Below the pieces are notes generated by a model. It was not told the DNA's origin. It did no database searches and saw only the letters and a list, made by a program, of their open reading frames with translations. This document shows, one piece after another, positions 10,103 through 19,153 of a stretch of 64,000 bases of DNA (position 1 is its first letter; the number at the start of each line of letters is the position of its first letter). This stretch comes from an uncultured cyanobacterium (GTDB lineage Bacteria > Cyanobacteriota > Cyanobacteriia > Cyanobacteriales > Nostocaceae). A program made the translations under genes and the position numbers. The stretch spans positions 69 to 64,068 of the forward strand of contig CAIVAU010000183.1 in NCBI GenBank assembly GCA_903903925.1, read 5' to 3'.

Positions 10103-10481
10103 TTTTACTTTTCTGAATGCAGCTTAATCTTTCTTAATTATAGAGACCAAGGACTTTTCAAACATCCTCCTAAGAAACAAGAGGGAGCTCTTAGCAGGGA
10201 ATAGGGAGTAGGGAATAGGAGGAGTTTCTTTCATTCATAACGGGTGGTGCACCGCCAGTGGGGTGCTCTTAAGTTGATATCCGAGTGCGTACATACTAGG
10301 GTATAGTAGTCTGTAAAGATCGTTTTGATGAGATGTCAGTCTTTCCACAATACGACAGAACCATAATCCGACTCTTGTCAGCTTTTGGTGATCAACACAG
10401 AAAATGGTTTTAAGGCAGAGGGCAGAAGGCAGAAGGCAGAAGTAAGAAGAAGGAAGGAAGAAGAAGGAAGGAAGAAGTATA

Positions 10482-11678
10482 ATGTATTTACTTCAAACTT
10501 CTAACATCAAACTTTTGGTATGGACCTACGGCACAATCGTGGTTGATTTAGAGTGCAGCCGACCAGTGGCGCTACTAAAAGATCGCTCAGCAGAAACCTT
10601 GGCTGAATGGCTTAAAGCCTATCCTGAGATAAAAATTGTTTCCCGTGACCGAGCTTTAGCTTACGCTAAAGGGATTCGCCAAGGAGCACCCGATGCAATA
10701 CAGGTTGCAGACCGTTTTCATTTACTTCAAAACCTAGCTGAAACGCTCTACCAGGTGTTTGGTACACATCATCAAGCACTCAAAGCCGTTGATGAAGCTT
10801 TTAGTCAAGCATCAGTAACGCAAACTGAGGGTACTGTAGTCGTGCGAGTACCAAGACCAAGCCGTAAGGAGGAGGCACAGCGTTTGGTCGAACAGCGCCG
10901 TGAGGCAAAGCTTTCTATTTATCAAAAGGTTTGGGACTTACACCACTCTGGTTGGAAAGCAAAAGCGATCGCCCGTAAACTCGGTATTGGCGTGACAAGC
11001 GTGTTTCGCTACTTACGTACTTCCACCTTCCCGGAACCTCAAGCACGAAGAAGTCTCGGTCGAAGCATTCTGGTGCCATACCACAAATACATCCTTCAGC
11101 GCTGGAATGAAGGTTGTCGTGAAGCTTTAGTCTTGTTTCAAGAAATTCAGCAGCAGGGTTACACCGGTAGCTATGATACTGTAGCTCGTTATACCCGTCG
11201 TATTCGTCAGTCACAAGGACTCAAGCCTCGACAACGGTATTCAAAGCAGATACTACCAAAAGTTGTAGCACCGGAGAAACTATGTTTGACTCCTCGCCGT
11301 GCAGCATGGTTGGTGCTGCGCAAACAAGAATCACTTGAGCCAAATGACGAACAACTGATTGCCTTGCTCATAGCGCAGCACCCCGATTTAGCTGAAGCAA
11401 TTGAATTAGCTCAAGGCTTTCTACGGCTTGTACGTACTCTTTCATCTGAACAACTTGAAGAGTGGTTAGAACTTGCAGAACATTCTCATCAAACTGCCTT
11501 TCACCGTTTTGCTAAAAGCTTACGAGAAGATTACGATGCTGTTAAGGCTGGGGTGACATTATCAGTTAATAATGGCCCTGTTGAAGGGCATATTAATCGG
11601 CTGAAGATGTTGAAGAGGCAGATGTATGGTCGTGCAAAGCTAGACTTACTTGAACGGCGATTTCTATTAGCTACTTAA
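10482..11678 (+). CDS. ISL3-family transposase, apparently truncated at the N-terminus
   Basis: YGTIVVDLECSRPVALLKDRSAETLAEWL...SRDRALAYAKGIRQGAPDAIQVADRFHLLQNL and C-terminal NNGPVEGHINRLKMLKRQMYGRAKLDLL are ISL3 DDE-domain signatures. The region normally upstream (zinc finger/HTH and first catalytic Asp) is absent, and the ORF starts inside the inverted repeat. Confidence 0.75.
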   Translation: MYLLQTSNIKLLVWTYGTIVVDLECSRPVALLKDRSAETLAEWLKAYPEIKIVSRDRALAYAKGIRQGAPDAIQVADRFHLLQNLAETLYQVFGTHHQALKAVDEAFSQASVTQTEGTVVVRVPRPSRKEEAQRLVEQRREAKLSIYQKVWDLHHSGWKAKAIARKLGIGVTSVFRYLRTSTFPEPQARRSLGRSILVPYHKYILQRWNEGCREALVLFQEIQQQGYTGSYDTVARYTRRIRQSQGLKPRQRYSKQILPKVVAPEKLCLTPRRAAWLVLRKQESLEPNDEQLIALLIAQHPDLAEAIELAQGFLRLVRTLSSEQLEEWLELAEHSHQTAFHRFAKSLREDYDAVKAGVTLSVNNGPVEGHINRLKMLKRQMYGRAKLDLLERRFLLAT

Positions 11679-11686
11679 ACCATTAC

Positions 11687-12046
11687 TCATTGTTTAGGCT
11701 GTTTGATTTTATTTAAGCTTGAAACCATAATACTTTGCATTTCTTCGACTTCATTCATTAAAGGAATGAACAAACTTTCATCTGCTAAAGAAACTTCTTT
11801 AGCAATAATTAATTCAGTATCTAATTCTCGTAAAGACCCCAATGCAATATGCAAAAATTGGATATATTCAGTTTTGTGCTGTCTACCATAACCTTCCGCT
11901 ATATTTGCAGCAACAGAGACAGCACTCCGGCGAATCTGAGACGTTAATCCATAAAGTTCAGATTGGGGAAAATGTTGAGTAAGGTGATAACAATTAATAG
12001 CAAGTTTTACAGACCGCTTCCAAATAAATTGGTTTTTGTAGCTCAT
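11687..12046 (-). CDS. four-helix-bundle protein (formerly '23S rRNA intervening-sequence protein' family), IS passenger
   Basis: FIWKRSVKLAINCYHLTQHFPQSELYGLTSQIRRSAVSVAANIAEGYGRQ...FLHIALGSLRELDTEL is the typical family pattern. Confidence 0.8.
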   Translation of the reverse strand: MSYKNQFIWKRSVKLAINCYHLTQHFPQSELYGLTSQIRRSAVSVAANIAEGYGRQHKTEYIQFLHIALGSLRELDTELIIAKEVSLADESLFIPLMNEVEEMQSIMVSSLNKIKQPKQ

Positions 12047-12198
12047 AAGTTTGATGCAACGAAGTTTGAAGTAAATACATTATACTACTACTACTTCTTC
12101 CTTCTTCCTTCTTCTTACTTCTGCCTTCTGCCTTCTGCCCTCTGCCTTAAAACCATTTTCTGTGTTGATCACCAAAAGCTGACAAGAGCCCATAATCC

Positions 12199-15100
12199 TC
12201 ATTTAATTTTGGTAATAGCAGCACAGGTTAATGGTTGTTGCACCAGAAGAGGAGATTTATCTGCAAATATCTTGATTTTGCCATCAGCATTACGTCGCCA
12301 ACCAGTAGCTTGCACAAGTACCTCTGGAGATTTGGGTATTTGTGCTTGTAAGGCTTGTGTTGTGCGGTATGCAGAGATATCACGGACATCAGACCAAGGG
12401 TGATCGCTCCCAATTTGCTGTGTTGGATTTTGGGGTATCCCACCCCTTCCTGTAGCCACAAAACTACTGCCTTGATTGGCAGCACAACCACTGGCAATTT
12501 GCTGTGACGGATCGGTAACATTCACTGGCAATTCCACTAAGCCAGAGTTGGGGTCAACACCGATATGATTAATTTGTACAGTGCCGTTGACACCAAACTG
12601 GGAACTAGCGGTGATATCGTTATCGTTCGTCAGGTGATCGCGGTATTTCAACCCCAAGATACCATTGGTGGTAATTTCGATATTGCCACCATTACCTTGA
12701 AAGGCATTAGCAACTATATCACTATTACCTAAACCAATAATGAAGGGACTGCTAATGGTAATATTACCACCATTGCCATTGCCCCCAGCCGCCGCCGAAA
12801 GTAAACTCTGATTCCACAACTGGAGCATATCCCCAAGGGAGAGTTTGAGGTTACCGCCATTACCAGAGGTGGTTTGAGCGTTGATTTGGGCACCGCCATT
12901 TAACAGCAGGGAGCGAGCCTCTACTTGAATCGTGCCACCATCACCAATACCCTGACTGCGACTAGTAATTTGCGAGCCATTACTGAGAGTGACTTGTTGG
13001 GCTTGGACGCTGATATTCCCCGCTTTACCGCTAAGTGATGATGCCGTGGAAAGTTGGGCATTGTCTCCTAATGTGAGTTGGGACGTGGTTAAATCTAACA
13101 AACCACTGTTACCGCTACCAGAGGATTGGCTACTAATTTTACTTCCTTGGATAGTCACAGTATTGGCGGTGATACCCACGTTACCAGCATCGCCAGTGCC
13201 TTGAGTAGATGTAGAGATTTCGGAACCATTGAGCAGTGACAGTGAACCATTCGGTATTGTCAGCTTCACCTCCCCCGCCGCTCCACTGCTAGAGGTATTA
13301 GAAATCACCCTTGACCCCTGATTCAGTGTCACCTCATCTGCGGCGATAATTAGATTGCCTGCTCTACCGCTGCCAGAGGAGGATGCCGTCAGTTCCACCC
13401 CATCTTGCAGGGTTAATTGCCCGGTGGTGATGCTAATATTGCCGCCCCTGCCACTGCCTTGGGTGGCGGCGGAAATTTTGGCGTTGCGGGTGACGCTGAC
13501 ACTGGGGGCATTGAGGGTGATGTCTCCGGCTTGTCCTATATTGCTGGTGCTGCTGGCAATTTGGCTGTTGTCAAAGCGAATCAATCCGGGACTGGTGAGG
13601 GTGACGTTGCCTGCGGGGTCGCTGCCTTTGGTGTCGCTTTGAATGGAACTGTTGCTGAGGGTGAGATTGCCCGCGCTGCTGATGTTGACATCCCCTGATC
13701 GCCCTGTGCCATCCACCGGAATGGTGATGTCTCCCGTCAATGGTGTGTTAACGGTGACTTGCTTACTAGTCAGGATGGTGGTATCAGCGATCGCCAGATC
13801 TCCTCGCCCCACAATTGACACATCTCCCGCCTTAGCAGAAGAGGATGTTGTTAGTAGTGTTAGTCCAGATATCTGGTTTTGAGCATCTAATGTTACAGAT
13901 CCGCCATAGCTTGCGGTTCCTTGGGGCGCAATTGAAAAAGTATACAAGCTGCTAGCTTTGCCAAGGATACTGCCGTTTTGGGCAGCCAGGGAGATATCGC
14001 CGCCATTCCCACTATTCCCTACTTTTGAGAAGGAGAAGGAATGCAAATCGCCCTGGTTGGAGAGATTGCCATTATTTGTGGAAAGGAATATATCGCCGCC
14101 ATTCCCACTATTCCCTGTTGTTGTTGACAATGAGAAGGAATACAAATCGCCGTGGTTAGAGAGGCTACCATGAGTTGTGGAAAGTGTAATGGCTCCTCCA
14201 TTCCCACTATTCCCTGTTGTTGTGAAAGACTGGGAGTACAAATTGCCCTGGTTGGAGAGATTGCCATTATTTGTGGAAAGTGTAATGGCTCCTCCATTCC
14301 CACTATTCCTTTTTGTTGTGAAAGAAGGGGAATAAATATCACCCTGGTTGGAGAGATTGCCATTATTTGTGGAAAGTGTGATGGCTCCACCATTCCCAGA
14401 TTTACCAGAGACAGAAAATGCGTCTGAATATAGGCCACCATTGAGAGAAAGATTACCATTATTTGTGGAAAGTGTAATGGCTCCTCCATTTCCAGATGAT
14501 TGACCAAAGAGAGAATAGGTTATTGAAGATACACCGGCATTGAGAGAAAGATTACCGTTAGTTGTGGAAAGTGTAATGGCTCCTCCATTCCCACTATTGC
14601 CAAACATGGAAGTTGCTGCTGACAATACACCGGCATTGACAGAAAGATTACCGTTAGTTGTGGAAACTGTAATAGCTCCTCCATTCCCACTATTGCCAAA
14701 AATCGACGACGACGACGAATTCAAAGATCCCGTTGTAATATCACCCTGGGCAGTTAGAGTAATAGAACCACCATTTTGCCCCGTTGCATTGGATGTGTTG
14801 ATCATGCTAATACTAATGCTGCCTGGAGGAAGCCCTGCCACCGTCCCGGTCGTGAAATTAGTATTGATATAACCTACCCCCAGTTGTGGCAAATTTGATG
14901 TAGCTATTGATGGCACACCTGCCCGCAAAATCACCGCAGGCTGAGTGGTTAAAGTTATAAAATCGCGATCGCTGACGGGAATGGTGGCATCGGGTCCGAT
15001 AATAGTAATATTCCCTCCCTCAATGCTCCCTGTCGCCTCCACTTTCAATGCCACTCCCACGTAGTCACCAAATACTACATCGCCATTGGCATAAATTACT

Positions 15101-16011
15101 GGATCAAACTGACTGACAAATTTACCTGGAGCGCCAGTCACAGTTTGAAATAACACATTGCCACCACTGAGAAAATGGGCATCGCCAGAAATATTACCGT
15201 TGCTGATCAAACTCAAATTGCCCCGACTCTGAAGTGCCGCGTTGGGCTGGTTCAATGCCAGGATATCAATGCTCTGATTCCCCTGAATCGTTAAGTTTCT
15301 GCCTGCTTGAGCCAGGAATGGAGTTGTGACGGTATCCCGAATCTGCACCGTATCCTGGGCTTTGAGGGTAATATCTCTCCCCGCTACCAATTGCCCTTGC
15401 AAGTCTAGGCGACCGGCTTCCAAACTCAGGTCAAGTCCTGCAGTAAGATTGCTTTGCACTTGCATCGGTGCTGCATTCTGTCCCATCTGTAACCCAATCG
15501 GCACACTCATCGTTAACAAGGGTTTGGCATTTGCATTCACAGCACTAAACTCTGTCCCATCGAAAAATTTAATACTATTCGCCGTTGTCCCCACAAATGA
15601 GCCGCTAATATTTAAACTGGCATCTTTACCAAATACAATCCCTGCAGGATTCATTAAGAACAAACTTACAGCATTATTACCGTTGAGAGTTTGAATTAAC
15701 CCGTTAATATTGGAAACATTTCCACCAGTAACTCGACTAAATATGGTTGTAATATTTGATGTGTTAATTAAATTGAAGGTGGCTGAACCACCCGTAGGCA
15801 CAGAGAAATTACTGAAGCTGTGAAATAAATTATTGCCTTTTTCAATCCCATTAAGAATTGTGAAATTATTACCAGTTTGAGTGACAATGGTGTTGGTAGT
15901 ACCATCAGATCTCACCTGAGCGATAGCTGGTAGTACCAAAGCGGAACTTAAGAACCCGATTGTGAGTGTAGATAGAAAAGCGTAGACGCGGAGGGGCTTG
16001 TCGTTAGACAT
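12199..16011 (-). CDS. filamentous-hemagglutinin-type exoprotein (TpsA-like) with an N-terminal TPS secretion domain and beta-helix repeats
   Basis: Signal peptide ...LVLPAIAQ, then NNLFHSFSNFSV and LFLMNPAGIVFG (TPS domain motifs). Long Gly/Asn/Ser/Thr repeat body. ATG at 16011 preferred over GTG at 16026. Confidence 0.85.
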   Translation of the reverse strand: MSNDKPLRVYAFLSTLTIGFLSSALVLPAIAQVRSDGTTNTIVTQTGNNFTILNGIEKGNNLFHSFSNFSVPTGGSATFNLINTSNITTIFSRVTGGNVSNINGLIQTLNGNNAVSLFLMNPAGIVFGKDASLNISGSFVGTTANSIKFFDGTEFSAVNANAKPLLTMSVPIGLQMGQNAAPMQVQSNLTAGLDLSLEAGRLDLQGQLVAGRDITLKAQDTVQIRDTVTTPFLAQAGRNLTIQGNQSIDILALNQPNAALQSRGNLSLISNGNISGDAHFLSGGNVLFQTVTGAPGKFVSQFDPVIYANGDVVFGDYVGVALKVEATGSIEGGNITIIGPDATIPVSDRDFITLTTQPAVILRAGVPSIATSNLPQLGVGYINTNFTTGTVAGLPPGSISISMINTSNATGQNGGSITLTAQGDITTGSLNSSSSSIFGNSGNGGAITVSTTNGNLSVNAGVLSAATSMFGNSGNGGAITLSTTNGNLSLNAGVSSITYSLFGQSSGNGGAITLSTNNGNLSLNGGLYSDAFSVSGKSGNGGAITLSTNNGNLSNQGDIYSPSFTTKRNSGNGGAITLSTNNGNLSNQGNLYSQSFTTTGNSGNGGAITLSTTHGSLSNHGDLYSFSLSTTTGNSGNGGDIFLSTNNGNLSNQGDLHSFSFSKVGNSGNGGDISLAAQNGSILGKASSLYTFSIAPQGTASYGGSVTLDAQNQISGLTLLTTSSSAKAGDVSIVGRGDLAIADTTILTSKQVTVNTPLTGDITIPVDGTGRSGDVNISSAGNLTLSNSSIQSDTKGSDPAGNVTLTSPGLIRFDNSQIASSTSNIGQAGDITLNAPSVSVTRNAKISAATQGSGRGGNISITTGQLTLQDGVELTASSSGSGRAGNLIIAADEVTLNQGSRVISNTSSSGAAGEVKLTIPNGSLSLLNGSEISTSTQGTGDAGNVGITANTVTIQGSKISSQSSGSGNSGLLDLTTSQLTLGDNAQLSTASSLSGKAGNISVQAQQVTLSNGSQITSRSQGIGDGGTIQVEARSLLLNGGAQINAQTTSGNGGNLKLSLGDMLQLWNQSLLSAAAGGNGNGGNITISSPFIIGLGNSDIVANAFQGNGGNIEITTNGILGLKYRDHLTNDNDITASSQFGVNGTVQINHIGVDPNSGLVELPVNVTDPSQQIASGCAANQGSSFVATGRGGIPQNPTQQIGSDHPWSDVRDISAYRTTQALQAQIPKSPEVLVQATGWRRNADGKIKIFADKSPLLVQQPLTCAAITKIK
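13960..14720 (-). repeat. about 8 tandem coding repeats (about 99 nt / 33 aa) inside the exoprotein gene
   Basis: Protein units GNSGNGGAITLSTNNGNLSNQGDLYSxSFxx. The DNA core ATGGCTCCTCCATTCCCACTATTCC recurs roughly every 95-100 nt. Confidence 0.85.
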
Positions 16012-16363
16012 CGCTTTTATCACCAAAGACTTCCTTTACTGATTTAAAGTTAGAGTTCCCTTTACGAACTACGAACTATCACAACTGTTGTTTCATCTTT
16101 GGACTTTGGACAAAAAGAAGTGGTTCGCGAGTGATACGACTCTGTTGGCGAATTCTTTGAGGTCAAATTTATGGGGCTAAAGCCGCGAAGCGAGAGGTAC
16201 TGTGCAAGGAAGTGGACATCGCCTGACCAGGGGATCTTTTACTCCCGCAGATCGCAGCTATATAAGTTCGTAGTGGTGATGCTCAAACCCTTGTCAACTC
16301 TGCATTGTAAATCACTACCCATGTCACCACGACTTGCGTATCACTACCAAATGATCGAATTGA

Positions 16364-16942
16364 TTAAGATTCTGGGGTAAGGTTTAGACCCCGATAAACT
16401 TGTTCAATGGGGAAGCTGAGATTGATGCTTTTTAGTTCAATGGTGTCACCTTCTCCATAGTTAATAATCATCCATTGTCCCGCATCATTTTTGTGATACA
16501 AATCTATTTCGATCGCAGTGGAACTAACCAATAGGTAATCTTTCAGTACTGGGTTATTTTGATACATTCTGAACTTGCCGCCTCTGTCGTAGGCTTCGGT
16601 AGTTTTTGAGAGAACTTCAACGATTAAGCAGGGGTAGGTAATATATTGGGTTGTGGTTTGATCGCGATCATCGCAGGTGACGCTGACATCGGGATAGGTG
16701 TAGTTATTTGTGCCAACAATATTAACTCTCAGGTCTGAGTTACCTGTTATGCAACATCTTGCATCTAAATGGGTATCAACCATAGTCGTAAATCGAATTG
16801 CAATGCGGCTATGATTAACGCTACCACCAGTCATGGCGTAAACTTGACCGTCGATCAGTTCGTGTTTTTCTAGTTGCTGTTCTTCCCAAGTAAAGTATTC
16901 TTCTGGGGTTAGGTGGGGGGCGTTGTTTTTGGCTACGATCAT
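16364..16942 (-). CDS. Uma2-family (DUF820) PD-(D/E)XK endonuclease
   Basis: LTPEEYFTWEEQQLEKHELIDGQVYAMTGGSVNHSRI...YPDVSVTCDD...CLIVEVLSKTTEAYDRGGKFRMY. Confidence 0.85.
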   Translation of the reverse strand: MIVAKNNAPHLTPEEYFTWEEQQLEKHELIDGQVYAMTGGSVNHSRIAIRFTTMVDTHLDARCCITGNSDLRVNIVGTNNYTYPDVSVTCDDRDQTTTQYITYPCLIVEVLSKTTEAYDRGGKFRMYQNNPVLKDYLLVSSTAIEIDLYHKNDAGQWMIINYGEGDTIELKSINLSFPIEQVYRGLNLTPES

Positions 16943-16978
16943 GGTTAGTTACCTCCTACGGTTTGCAGTTGCTTGGGG

Positions 16979-17521
16979 TCAGTTTGGCTCTGGGTTAACA
17001 GTTTCGTCAGTGGGTAAAAGACAGTGCAGATGGTGATGAAAATTAGTCAATTTGCGGGAAGACATCCTTGTTATTTCCCCATCTGCATAAACCTGGAGGC
17101 GATTTTGAGAACTACTGGTCACATCAATTTCCATCACTAAATCAGGTGCGGGGTCTTGTGTTAAATCCAATCGTCTTTTTCCGTGAACCAGGGCAATATT
17201 ACGAATGTAGAAACATTTATCGGGTTCTGCACCACTCACTTCAGGTCGTTTGAACGTGGTTGAACCTAGTGGGTAGATTTTAACTGCCAATTCTTCAGCC
17301 AGCGTTTCCACAAAGCGACCTAAAACTTCTTTGTCAAGTTCATGTTCTGGAGAAGGAGACATAATTTCTAGATTGCCACAATAGTAAGTCAAACGGAGAC
17401 GGCGATCGCTCAGTTCTTCCAACAAAGTTTCGTAGGTCTGCCAGCTAATCCCCGACAGGTGAATCATTTCATGTGGTGGTGTGAGCAGTGTTACAGTCAT
17501 GGGTTTAACCGAAAGTCTCAT
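16979..17521 (-). CDS. Uma2-family endonuclease (second, divergent subfamily)
   Basis: ISWQTYETLLEELSDRRLRLTYYCGNLEIMSPSPEHE...EPDKCFYIRN...PDLVMEIDVTSSS. An alternative ATG lies at 17500. The C-terminal 40 aa look atypical. Confidence 0.75.
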   Translation of the reverse strand: MRLSVKPMTVTLLTPPHEMIHLSGISWQTYETLLEELSDRRLRLTYYCGNLEIMSPSPEHELDKEVLGRFVETLAEELAVKIYPLGSTTFKRPEVSGAEPDKCFYIRNIALVHGKRRLDLTQDPAPDLVMEIDVTSSSQNRLQVYADGEITRMSSRKLTNFHHHLHCLLPTDETVNPEPN

Positions 17522-17595
17522 GACTTTATTTTAGAGCAGCAATCCAGCTATGCTATATATGACCCCAGATCCTACCCCTAACTACTCCCAACTCT

Positions 17596-18666
17596 ATGCA
17601 AAGTCAAAAAAGCAAACTAGAACTTGGCAAGGAATATCCATCTGCAAATGAGGAATCTGCTATCCAGGCGATCACACAGATCAGCATACAGCAAATTGAG
17701 CAAAACTATCAAGCAGGCGAAAGACCAGCCCGACGAGATGCCCATGCCAAACATCATGGTTGTGTGAGAGGCGAATTTATCGTTGAAGCCAATCTACCAG
17801 AAGAGATGAAAGTTGGGGTGTTCAAAGATTCAGGAAAGAAGTTTACTGCCTGTATTCGCTTTTCCAATTCCTCAGGAAACCCTAAACCTGATTATCAAGG
17901 TGATGCTCGTGGCATGGCAATTAAACTTATTGGGGTGGAAGGTGAAAAGCTGCTCATAGACGAATTGAGAACTCAAGACTTTATCTTGGTCAACAATTCG
18001 GTATTCTCTCTTCGGAACCTCCAAGACTATGTTGAGTTTTTTGTTGCTCTCACAGAAGCAAAGGGAAATCTACCATTGAAGTTTTTTGTACCTGGTTATA
18101 ATCCTTTTAAATGGCGCTGGCATGAGTTAAAAATTTTTATATCAGCCTTTAATAAAAAGGTTGCTAGTCCGCTAGAAATTCAATATTGGAGTATGACTCC
18201 TTATAAATTTGGCGATCGCGCCATCAAGTTTTCTGTCAAACCTTCGGCTGATAATATTTCCGGTAGAACAGCCTCTCGTTCTCCAAACTATCTGCGTGAA
18301 GCTATGATCGAGCATTTAAACAGCAAGGAAGCTTGTTTTGATTTTTTGATTCAGTTCCAAACAGACGCTGAGCAAATGCCAATAGAAGACTCAACAATTG
18401 AGTGGACATCTCCCTTTTACAAAGTGGCTACTCTCAAGATTCCTCCTCAAACCTTTGATTCCCCTGAACAAATGGAATTTTGTGAAAATTTATCCTACAC
18501 TCCTTGGCATGCTTTACCAGAACATCAGCCTTTGGGAGCCACCAACCGCGCACGTAAGCAAATTTATACAGCAATTTCCCAGCGGCGACATGAATTGAAT
18601 GGTGTTTCCCGACAAGAACCTACTGAGTCAGATTTTTCTTCACTTTTTGGTCATTTGAAGGGATAA
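17596..18666 (+). CDS. small catalase-related heme protein ('mini-catalase')
   Basis: Distal site RRDAHAKHHGC, core FTACIRFSNSSG...DARGMAIKL, and a proximal Tyr context ARKQIYTAISQRRH. At 356 aa it is much shorter than typical catalases. Confidence 0.65.
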   Translation: MQSQKSKLELGKEYPSANEESAIQAITQISIQQIEQNYQAGERPARRDAHAKHHGCVRGEFIVEANLPEEMKVGVFKDSGKKFTACIRFSNSSGNPKPDYQGDARGMAIKLIGVEGEKLLIDELRTQDFILVNNSVFSLRNLQDYVEFFVALTEAKGNLPLKFFVPGYNPFKWRWHELKIFISAFNKKVASPLEIQYWSMTPYKFGDRAIKFSVKPSADNISGRTASRSPNYLREAMIEHLNSKEACFDFLIQFQTDAEQMPIEDSTIEWTSPFYKVATLKIPPQTFDSPEQMEFCENLSYTPWHALPEHQPLGATNRARKQIYTAISQRRHELNGVSRQEPTESDFSSLFGHLKG

Positions 18667-18720
18667 AAGGCGCGAAATAGCTTAAATCAATTCTCTGAAA
18701 AATTTTTCAATATTCTTATC

Positions 18721-18996
18721 ATGGTGCTAACACTTATCATTTATTTGGCAATTCTTGGTTATCTCGCGATTTCTTACCGTTTCTTCACTGAATGGCTAGA
18801 ATTCTTTCTTGAAGATGAAGAGATGAAGTCGGGGGAGCAACGCTTCTTTCACGGTGTCCTTTTAATCATAGCTTCTATCTTATGGCCCATCGTAGTTCCG
18901 CTTGCTTATTTAGAACTATTAAAGTTTCATAAAAAACATAAGGAAATGATTAATTTCCTAATAAACCTGTATATTTCCAATCCCTATCGGGATTAA
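18721..18996 (+). CDS. small hypothetical membrane protein
   Basis: 91-aa ORF with two hydrophobic segments. No family recognised. Confidence 0.35.
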   Translation: MVLTLIIYLAILGYLAISYRFFTEWLEFFLEDEEMKSGEQRFFHGVLLIIASILWPIVVPLAYLELLKFHKKHKEMINFLINLYISNPYRD

Positions 18997-19153
18997 TACG
19001 GCAGAATACATGCGCCAACCCTTCCTCCTGAGGTCACCGCTACTTGTCACGCTTGCTTAAGCGAACGCGAGTGTGTCTCCCCTTGGGAGAAGGGGTACGG
19101 GGAATTGTAAAAAAGGTTCTGTGTCTAGCTTTTGGATAAAAGCATTGTGCTGA

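Larger units (their letters stand above)
10370..12190. mobile_element. ISL3-family insertion element (1821 bp) with about 130-bp inverted ends and an 8-bp target-site duplication
   Basis: Left end GACTCTTGTCAGCTTTTGGTG; reverse complement of the right end GGCTCTTGTCAGCTTTTGGTG. The inverted match runs about 130 bp (10370-10501 vs 12061-12190). Direct repeat CATAATCC at 10362-10369 and 12191-12198. Confidence 0.8.

Noticed and set aside
10230-10330. GC-rich segment (GGGTGGTGCACCGCCAGTGGGGTGCTC) checked as a possible tRNA or small RNA. All intergenic regions were also scanned by eye for T-loop GTTCRAnnC motifs.
   Set aside because: No cloverleaf, acceptor-stem or T-loop pattern could be assembled here or elsewhere. 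No tRNA or rRNA is called.
11963-12403. 146-aa ORF spanning the right end of the IS.
   Set aside because: It crosses the IS terminus and the microsatellite tract into the 3' end of the exoprotein gene. It is not a plausible gene.
12989-14872. Many 70-160 aa ORFs in other frames or on the other strand of the exoprotein gene (for example 14019-14507 and 14540-14872).
   Set aside because: They are low-complexity mirror translations of the Gly/Asn/Ser repeat DNA, wholly nested in a much longer gene with recognisable domains.
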